A stretch of 16,168 bases of DNA. It comes from Piromyces finnis finn (lineage: Eukaryota > Fungi > Neocallimastigomycota). A model generated the notes under the pieces. The model searched no databases, had not been told where the DNA came from, and worked only from the letters and a program-made list of their open reading frames with translations. This document shows positions 9,161 through 16,168 of the stretch, piece by piece (within the stretch, counting starts at the first letter, position 1; every line of letters begins with the position of its first letter). The stretch lies in NCBI GenBank assembly GCA_002104945.1, contig MCFH01000213.1:1-16168 (forward strand), read 5' to 3'. The translations under genes were made by a program, and so were the position numbers.

Positions 9161-9655
9161 TGTAAAAGGTTTCTTATATTATTAGTTAATAAGTTACTAA
9201 TTAGTTAATTAAGTTAGTTATTACCTCTCTATACGAGTTAATAACTAAATAAAGTTTTATAAAAAATAATAAAAGAAAGAAAATAAATATTATAACACTA
9301 AAATAAATATAAACACTTATATAAATATTTTATGAAATAACTTTTACTTAAATAATTATATTTTAATTATATCTTTTATTTATTTATTATAATTATCTAC
9401 ATTAATTATTATTATAGCTATTAATTTACTTTAATACTAACGCTAAAGTATTTAACGTTAGTTTTGACTATACTATTTAACTATATGAGTTTATTTTCTT
9501 TACCACTTGATTGGGTAAAGCAAATAAACTTCCTATTTAATTAATAACCATTAATATATGGTTATACATATATTTGGCCAATAAATGATGACCAGAATAT
9601 ATGGTTTCAATTGAAATATTTGTGGGCAAACTTATGGCCACAAATATTTCTTACA
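9161..9655 (-). repeat. 3' LTR (495 bp)
   Basis: Begins TGTAAG (minus strand, 9655) 3 nt after the PPT. The far end at 9161 gives a TGTAA...TTACA terminal inverted repeat. That far boundary is not confirmed by a second LTR. Confidence 0.75.
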
Positions 9656-9658
9656 ATG

Positions 9659-9665
9659 CCCCCCT
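9659..9665 (-). other. Polypurine tract AGGGGGG
   Basis: Lies between the pol stop codon (9677) and the LTR start TGTAAG, with a CAT spacer. Confidence 0.85.
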
Positions 9666-9676
9666 AAGGAGAAAAC

Positions 9677-11884
9677 CTAGGCAGGGTTTTGGACACTAAC
9701 CATGAATTCCTGGTAGCATTTATCTTGAAATTCCTTGAGTAGCTTATCATAGTGGGAGTTCTTGTCAATGATATCAGCATCAACCCACTCTTGCCTAAAG
9801 TCACTAAAGGTAGCTAAGTATTGGTAGTTATCCTTCTTTCTTCTGGCATTCATGATTTTGATAATTTTCTGGTAGCCCACTGGTGCAGGTGTTAGTTCTT
9901 CAGGTTTGTTATGGTAGGGTTCAAGTTCACTGATATGAAACACTGGGTAGACGTTGGGGAAAGGTGACTTACTGATATCCAACCGGTAGTTAAGCTTGCT
10001 TTCATCAATTCCAATAACCTTGAAAGGACCGTACTTTCTTGCTTGTAGCTTGTAGAAGGGAAGAGGGTTGTAATTTTCTGGTTTTCTTAACCACACCAAA
10101 TCCAGGAGCCTAATTTTAGGGTAGTTAAGTTCTCTTCTATGATCCAAGTGGTCTAAGAACCGTGTTCTTGATATGTCCAGCATGTGCTTTAAGTTACCTA
10201 AGTTGTGAGCGAAGCTATCTAATACAGGAGCTTCGCTAAGGGAGTGGACAAGTTCTGAATCTTGAGGGTTCATATGTACCTGGTAGTTATACAAGGCTAG
10301 GAATGGGGACTGCTTAGTAGAACTGTGCACTGCATTATTATAACAGAACTCAGCTAAGTACAAGTACTTCAACCATTCGTCGTCATCAAAGGTCTTCACA
10401 AAGCATCTAAGGTACATACTTACGTAGGAGTTGTTACGTTCTACCTGACCAACTGTTTCATGATGGCCAGTAGTAGCAAGGTTTACTTCTACGCCAAAGA
10501 ACCCCATAATGTCCTTCCACAACTTACTAGTGAACTGGACACCACGATCCGTAGTAACCGATTTGGGACAACCATGTAACTTGAATACATGTTGTAAGTA
10601 TGCTAAGGCTGTTTCTTTAGCAGTAGGCATACTCCTAAAACCCACTAAGTGTATCATCTTGGTTAACTTATCGCTACAAACCATGATACAACCTCTTCTA
10701 GTGACTTCTGGAGGTTCTGAGGGACTACTACCTGGTTTTCTGCGTTCCTTAATAGGTAGGTCCGTCAGGAAGTCAATTTCTACTTCTTGCCAAGGTAAGT
10801 CTGCAACTTTTACCCTAGCAGCGCTACCGTACGGCTTGTGTCTGTTGTCCTTTTGGGTACAACATATGGTACAAGCTTTAATATAACCCGCAATGTCATC
10901 CTTCATTTTTGGCCAGTAATAGTTTCTGGCTATCAGGTCGTAAGTCTTATCCTTTCCTAAGTGACCCGCTGTTTCACTATCATGGTTAAGTTTTATGATT
11001 GTTTCCCTTAACACCTTTGGTACATATGTACGTTCTGGTGCATCCTTCCTAACAATCAACCCATTAACCATCAACCACTTCTTTTTGATGAGCTTGTGGC
11101 CTCTTTTTGCGTCAAGACCATCTCTAATTTCCCTAGCAAGCTCATCCGTGTTGTAAGCTTGTTTCAATTCTCCCACAAAGCTTACTTCTAACACCGCATA
11201 GCACTCTTCTTCCACGGGTGGAAATTCTTTTACCTGTTCAGGTCGAAGGAGGCTAGCTTTTTCCATCTCCAGTTGTACCTGTTCTGGAGATACCATTCTT
11301 GATAGGATATCGGCTCTACCATTCATTTTTCCTGGCCGATATATTATTTCGAAGTTGTATGCAGCAAACAGCTCTTGCCATCTTGCCTGTCTTGCTGTCA
11401 ACAACTGTGGTTTTGTGGCGAACAGGAGATTCCTATGGTCACTATATACTAGGACCTTATGTTTCGCACCCATCAACAGGTGTCGCCACTCGATGAAAGC
11501 ATTCCTAATAGCCAACAACTCCTTTTCCGTGATGGAGTAGTTGATTTCTGCTTTCGTAAGCTTCTTGGAATAGTAATACACAGGGTGTAGTTCATTGTCA
11601 TCGCCTAGTTGTGATAATACACCACCCACCGCGTAGTTACTAGCGTCGCACTCCACTATGAACTGACGGTCATGGTCAGGATATGCTAATACTGGTGGAG
11701 ACAACAGCATTTCTTTTAACTTCTCGAACGCCTGGATGCGTTCTTCATTCCACAGGAACTGTACCTTTTTGGACGTCATAGCATATAACGGCCTTGCTAT
11801 CTTAGAGAAGTCCTTTATAAACTTCCTATAATAGTTGCAGAATCCAAGGAATGACTGTAGTTCTTTGAGGTTGGTTGTGGCCAA
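9677..11884 (-). CDS. pol: Pol C-terminal part: RT thumb/connection, RNase H, integrase (HHCC, DD35E, GPY/F), chromodomain-like tail; out of frame with the upstream part
   Basis: RNase H motifs ECDASNYAVG, TEKELLAI, VYSDHRNL. Integrase H..GH...CTIC, EIDFLTDLP, TTDRG-x35-VERNN, YGPFKV, PVFHISELEPY. The TTG start in the ORF track is probably not a real initiator. Confidence 0.93.
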   Translation of the reverse strand: MATTNLKELQSFLGFCNYYRKFIKDFSKIARPLYAMTSKKVQFLWNEERIQAFEKLKEMLLSPPVLAYPDHDRQFIVECDASNYAVGGVLSQLGDDNELHPVYYYSKKLTKAEINYSITEKELLAIRNAFIEWRHLLMGAKHKVLVYSDHRNLLFATKPQLLTARQARWQELFAAYNFEIIYRPGKMNGRADILSRMVSPEQVQLEMEKASLLRPEQVKEFPPVEEECYAVLEVSFVGELKQAYNTDELAREIRDGLDAKRGHKLIKKKWLMVNGLIVRKDAPERTYVPKVLRETIIKLNHDSETAGHLGKDKTYDLIARNYYWPKMKDDIAGYIKACTICCTQKDNRHKPYGSAARVKVADLPWQEVEIDFLTDLPIKERRKPGSSPSEPPEVTRRGCIMVCSDKLTKMIHLVGFRSMPTAKETALAYLQHVFKLHGCPKSVTTDRGVQFTSKLWKDIMGFFGVEVNLATTGHHETVGQVERNNSYVSMYLRCFVKTFDDDEWLKYLYLAEFCYNNAVHSSTKQSPFLALYNYQVHMNPQDSELVHSLSEAPVLDSFAHNLGNLKHMLDISRTRFLDHLDHRRELNYPKIRLLDLVWLRKPENYNPLPFYKLQARKYGPFKVIGIDESKLNYRLDISKSPFPNVYPVFHISELEPYHNKPEELTPAPVGYQKIIKIMNARRKKDNYQYLATFSDFRQEWVDADIIDKNSHYDKLLKEFQDKCYQEFMVSVQNPA

Positions 11885-14800
11885 CTTGCTACAGCTTTTA
11901 ACTTCTCTGAGTCGGTTTTAATACCATATTTTCCAACTACATGACCCAGGAATGCAAGTTCTTCCTTGTGGAACTCACACTTCGCTAACTTAGCTACTAG
12001 ACGATTATCTATTAGCTTTTGTAGGACTCTTTTTACATGCCCTACATGCTCTTCAAGTGACTTGGAGTAGATGATGATATCATCCAAGTACACTTGACAG
12101 CAGTCATTGATTTCCTCTGCCAGCACCGTATTAATGAACCCTTGGAACGTGGCAGGAGCATTAGTCAACCCAAATGGCATCACTAGATATTCATAATGCC
12201 CAAACTTGGTTGAGAATGCCGTCTTGTATTCGTCACCTTCACGAATACGCACGAGGTTGTAGGCAGACTTCAAATCCAACTTGGAGAAGATAGTCGCGCC
12301 TTTCATAGCTTCAAACACTTGACTGATGAGTGGTAAGGGGAAGGAGTTACGCACTGTTACCTTATTAAGACGCCTATAGTCAGTACATAATCGTCTTTCA
12401 CCACTCTTTTTGGGCACGAATAACACAGGATAACCTGCAGGACTCTCTGACTTCCTGATGAAGCCCTTTGCCAGGTTTTCCTCTATATATTCCTTCAGTG
12501 CTTTTTCCTCTTCTGGATTGAAGGGATATATAGGCCCTTTATGAAGACTAGCATCCGGCTCCAGGTCGATCTTACAGTCGTAAGGACGGTGTTCTGGTAG
12601 CTGGTTAGCTATTTCTTCATTAAATGCTTCTTTGAAATTGTGGTAGTACTTCTCCACGATTTCTTCAGGTGTAGGTTGATTTTCGTTTAAGTTTTCTTCC
12701 TGTACCAACCCTACGTAAATGTGATTTTTCTCTAAGTTCGACTCTTGTACCAACCCTACTGAAACACAAGTTTTCTCTAAGTTGGATTCAAATGCCAACC
12801 CTCCGGAATCACATTTTTTCTCTAAGTCAACACTCTGTACCAACCCTACTGAAACGGGATTTTTCTCTAAGTCAGAACTTCGTGTCAACCCTCCGGAAAC
12901 ACATTTTTTCTCTAAGTTAGAACTTCGTGTCAACCCTCCGGAAACACAAGTTTTCTCTAAGTTGGAACTCGATGCCAACCCTCCGGAACTTCCGTTTCTG
13001 GTTTCTTTTGTAGCCTTGTGGCTACCATTACCCACGATTTCGGCTTCTATGTTTTCCGCAGTTACAGTTACCAGAGGCCTTCTTGCTTTTGCATTAGTAA
13101 CTGTATTTATGGGACTTAATTGAGTACAGTAGTAGATGTCACCACCATTCACACCATAACTGTTGGTATGTCCTTTATCCTTATCATTATCTACTACAAA
13201 GTACCTCACTTGTGCATCTTTATCATAACCTCTGTAGATAAAGTGCTCATCCATGAAGCCCAGTCCCACAATGATCATCTCCGGCATGTTGTCGGATAGG
13301 TGACAACTTGTGTTGAAGCAGTATGGTTTAGCTTCTTGTTCGCCAGATGGAGTTAACCATAACTTCAACTGCAAGTCATCTGAGAACTGCTTTAACTCGA
13401 TATCTCCATTCACAGTTCTGAATATGGCTGGTTTGTCCACTACCTTTAACCCTAGCTTCTTTGCTAAATTTGGGTGGATGAGGTTTGTAGTGGAACCAGT
13501 ATCATACAAGACTTCTACCCTTTTTATATCTCGAGGGTTGCTTCTTGCATTTATTTCAGCTACTAGTTGGTTCTGACTGTAGTAGCTGTTATTGACCGTC
13601 GTTTGACTTGCCATAGCCTTAGGTAATGGGTTATTTCCCGTACTAGAAGGTCCTTGCCTTGGTTGGAAGCTAGAACTTCTTCTAAAGCTTGACTTATTTA
13701 AGGATTCACGACGTTCTTTAGTACCGTTATTGTTTTTTGAGTAAGCCTGAGTGTTGATCTGCTCAACTTTAGGCTTATTATTTGGCTTGTTGTTCTTCTG
13801 CTTTAACTCAGCCCATCTAGATGGTCTACATGGGTCTGTAATGTCCAACAAGGCCATAATAGTGGTCTGGTGGTCTCTTTTGTCGTACTTTTCTATGGTT
13901 TCATTACGGAAGACTGCTTGGTGATCATCGCACTTTAACAAGACTTCACTTAATGTTTCCAGCGTACGTTCCTGTTCAGGGATATCATAGAACGCTTCCC
14001 TGACAGAAGGCCTGACCTGTTGTATTAGCACCTGTCTCCTAACATTTTCAGGGAGCCCAAGTGTTTCCGTCAATTCATTGAACTCTTCCAAGTAATCATA
14101 TGCTTTTCCCCACTCATGTGTGAGCTTAAGCAACTTTGACTTGCAGAGTTCATGGGGAGACTCTGGTGGAAACTTATCTTGAAGGTGGAGGAATAGTCTT
14201 TCAGCATCAGGATTCCTACGCTGCAACATCCTCTCTCTAAGTCTATACCATCTCAATACTTTCCCACCTAGATGATCTTCAATGAAGCTAACCTTTGCCT
14301 TTTCATCGTTACCATAGTCATATGGGTAACGTTTGAAATGACGTAAGCACTTCTCTTGAAAACCCTCTAAGTCTATCCCATTATTATCAAACATAGGCAC
14401 TTTTTCTTCATACCTATGTACTCGCCAGTCGAACATCTTCACGTCCCCATCCTCGGAGTATTCCGTAGGGTTGGTGCTGCTACTAGTTCCAGCACCATGA
14501 GGATTACCCATACCACCGGTTTGATAGGATGTTCTTTCATGAGCTCTGGCTTCAGCTCTTCTGTTCATGGCTTCGACTTTAGCCTCGAACAATTTTTCTC
14601 TTTCTTCTAGAGCGTTTCGTTGCTCCCTCAATCTGGCCATCTCTTCTTCAAGCTCTTTTTTATAAGAGACAAAGGCACTAGATTGACGGTACAACGTTTC
14701 TTGATTGTTTAGCACTTGCTGGTGGTCTTGTAACCTTTCCTCATGTTCTGCAGTAAAGGCATTTTCCACAGCATGCAGCTCTTCCAAGCTAACTTGGCTA

Positions 14801-15213
14801 GCCGACTCATTAGCTTCCAACCTTTGATCCACTTCAACAAATTTTTGCTGAAGAGCATCGTTTATCTCGCTCTTGTAAACCTCAATACCCCGAAGTTGTT
14901 CTTCCATAGCACCCAGACGGTTTCCCATACTAGCAAACTGGCTAGATATTTCCGAAACCCATCTATTAAGAAGAACTTCAATGTGTTGCATTGGGTTTAC
15001 CTCACTATTATTAGTAAAAAAGAAAGAAGGATCAACAGGGGCGGGCATAGAATCCCCCTGTTGAACCTGTAAATTCTGATTAGATTCGACCTCGGTGCTT
15101 TCGAGAAGCACCGGGGTTCGAACCCGTGACATTCCCTCTACACCATCCATGCCATCCGCGCTCGCCGCGTCAGGACGGGTCCCGTCCCTTACGAATGATG
15201 TTTTTGTGTCCAT
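11815..15213 (-). CDS. gag-pol: Gag - aspartic protease - reverse transcriptase polyprotein (frameshifts near 11870)
   Basis: Capsid-like ...FIEDHLGGKVLRWY...; protease LYDTGS (13492-13503); RT motifs RLCTDYRRLN, SKLDLKSAY, MPFGLTNAPATFQ and YLDD (12079-12090). Confidence 0.95.
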   Translation of the reverse strand: MDTKTSFVRDGTRPDAASADGMDGVEGMSRVRTPVLLESTEVESNQNLQVQQGDSMPAPVDPSFFFTNNSEVNPMQHIEVLLNRWVSEISSQFASMGNRLGAMEEQLRGIEVYKSEINDALQQKFVEVDQRLEANESASQVSLEELHAVENAFTAEHEERLQDHQQVLNNQETLYRQSSAFVSYKKELEEEMARLREQRNALEEREKLFEAKVEAMNRRAEARAHERTSYQTGGMGNPHGAGTSSSTNPTEYSEDGDVKMFDWRVHRYEEKVPMFDNNGIDLEGFQEKCLRHFKRYPYDYGNDEKAKVSFIEDHLGGKVLRWYRLRERMLQRRNPDAERLFLHLQDKFPPESPHELCKSKLLKLTHEWGKAYDYLEEFNELTETLGLPENVRRQVLIQQVRPSVREAFYDIPEQERTLETLSEVLLKCDDHQAVFRNETIEKYDKRDHQTTIMALLDITDPCRPSRWAELKQKNNKPNNKPKVEQINTQAYSKNNNGTKERRESLNKSSFRRSSSFQPRQGPSSTGNNPLPKAMASQTTVNNSYYSQNQLVAEINARSNPRDIKRVEVLYDTGSTTNLIHPNLAKKLGLKVVDKPAIFRTVNGDIELKQFSDDLQLKLWLTPSGEQEAKPYCFNTSCHLSDNMPEMIIVGLGFMDEHFIYRGYDKDAQVRYFVVDNDKDKGHTNSYGVNGGDIYYCTQLSPINTVTNAKARRPLVTVTAENIEAEIVGNGSHKATKETRNGSSGGLASSSNLEKTCVSGGLTRSSNLEKKCVSGGLTRSSDLEKNPVSVGLVQSVDLEKKCDSGGLAFESNLEKTCVSVGLVQESNLEKNHIYVGLVQEENLNENQPTPEEIVEKYYHNFKEAFNEEIANQLPEHRPYDCKIDLEPDASLHKGPIYPFNPEEEKALKEYIEENLAKGFIRKSESPAGYPVLFVPKKSGERRLCTDYRRLNKVTVRNSFPLPLISQVFEAMKGATIFSKLDLKSAYNLVRIREGDEYKTAFSTKFGHYEYLVMPFGLTNAPATFQGFINTVLAEEINDCCQVYLDDIIIYSKSLEEHVGHVKRVLQKLIDNRLVAKLAKCEFHKEELAFLGHVVGKYGIKTDSEKLKAVASWPQPTSKNYSHSLDSATIIGSL
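12673..12987 (-). repeat. In-frame 45-bp (15-aa) tandem repeat x7 between protease and RT
   Basis: Units SGGLASSSNLEKTCV, SGGLTRSSNLEKKCV, SGGLTRSSDLEKNPV, SVGLVQSVDLEKKCD, SGGLAFESNLEKTCV, SVGLVQESNLEKNHI, YVGLVQEENLNENQP. TTTTCTCTAAG recurs every 45 nt. Confidence 0.95.
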
Positions 15214-16067
15214 GTAAAATATTGTATTAATAGAATAATGTATTTAATACGTATTTAAAATAATGTACAATGTATTAAATTAATGTACCGTAAATTTTAT
15301 TTTTTAATTACAAAAATTTATATCACAATACATTAACATAAATTTATGTAAAATATATTTTTATGATAAGATAAAGTTTTTGATGATAAAATAAAATTTT
15401 AAATTAAATAAATTTTAACCAATAAATATTTTAGATAATAAAAAATTTTTTTATAAACTAAGCCTCAAAATTAGAAATAAATAAATTGAAAATATGTTTG
15501 AAATATAATCAACCATATAGTAAATAAATCAAAACTTTATTTTAAGTTTAGAAAATTCTTTAGTAAATAAATTGAATTTAAATAGTTTAATACAAATAAT
15601 TTCTTTTAATAAATGTATAAATATAAACAATGTAAATTATAATATTAAAACATGTATATTAGAATTTATTCAATTTATTTAAAAAGTATAAATAAAGAAA
15701 ATTTTTCAACTATTGAAACGATAGTTGGAAAATCGTATAGGTTAATTTTGTTTAGATAAATTAACATTAGTTTATAATTAGTTTATAGTTTAGATTAATA
15801 ATTTTAGTTTTAAATAAATATAAATTGATTACCTAGTGAGGGCTCTGGTAAAATATCCTTCACGGTAAAGTAATCAACGGTTGTTTAGTTAGTATAGTTT
15901 TAAAAATAAATAAATAAATAAATAAAAATTATTATTAAAAATAATTAGTTTAATTGTTAGTTTAGTGTTGTATACAAACCTGAACTTTAGAATATTTTAC
16001 AATTTTCCAACTTATTAGAATAGGAAGTTCACCTTTGTATACGAATAGTAATAGAAAATAATATTAT

Positions 16068-16168
16068 AAAAAAAAAAAAATAATTATAGTGAGAATTTAA
16101 TAATAGAATTAAATTCGGGATTATATAAAAAATATTAATATTAAAAAAAAAAAAAAAAAAATTTTTTT
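16068..16168. repeat. Homopolymer tracts (A13 at 16068-16080, A19 at 16143-16161, then T7)
   Basis: Read directly from the sequence. Confidence 0.9.

Larger units (their letters stand above)
9161..15213 (-). mobile_element. Ty3/Gypsy LTR retrotransposon (chromovirus/Tf1-like); 5' LTR not in window
   Basis: Domain order is Gag-PR-RT-RNaseH-IN-chromodomain-like, followed by PPT and LTR. The coding region is visibly far more GC-rich than the flanks. Confidence 0.97.

Noticed and set aside
11815-11884. Programmed -1 ribosomal frameshift
   Set aside because: There is no slippery heptamer, the site lies inside RT, and a 4-bp repeat-unit loss restores the consensus exactly.
12673-12987. 45-bp repeat array as a CRISPR
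   Set aside because: The units are contiguous and in-frame coding, with no unique spacers and no cas genes.
10509-15072. Six plus-strand ORFs of 61-125 aa (10509, 11299, 11355, 12782, 13310, 14416) and the 109-aa ORF at 14743
   Set aside because: These are antisense shadows of the polyprotein with no recognisable motifs. The 12782 ORF simply mirrors the 45-bp repeat.
15202-15219. TTTTACA|TGGACAC at the gag start as a 5' LTR end plus PBS
   Set aside because: Only 7 nt match the 3' LTR end, upstream sequence does not align, and TGGACACAAAAAC is not a plausible tRNA complement.
16068-16161. Poly(A) tracts as LINE/SINE tails
   Set aside because: No TSD or upstream element body is recognisable, and A-runs are expected at this composition.

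Overview
This is an extremely AT-rich eukaryotic window with no recognisable host gene, RNA gene or CRISPR array. The composition resembles anaerobic gut fungi (Neocallimastigomycota); that host assignment is inference only. The right third holds a Ty3/Gypsy (chromovirus/Tf1-like) LTR retrotransposon on the minus strand: Gag-PR-RT (15213-11815), then RNaseH-IN-chromodomain-like (11884-9677). The two ORFs are one polyprotein broken by an apparent 4-bp slippage deletion. It has a PPT and a 495-bp 3' LTR (9161-9655); its 5' LTR is not in the window. The left 9 kb looks like AT junk but resolves into a nested, end-to-end mosaic of LTR-type sequences. These are a non-autonomous two-LTR element (3113-6044, tRNA-Ala-type PBS, PPT), solo LTRs with 5-bp TSDs (5031-5994, 7182-9150, 7410-8642), and further fragments. 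Three patterns stand out: (i) a four-hairpin cassette present in two diverged copies with five compensatory base-pair swaps; (ii) hairpin arrays just inside the termini of unrelated LTRs; (iii) LTR termini repeatedly abutting within 1-10 bp, suggesting integration targeted to LTR ends. All alignments were done by eye.
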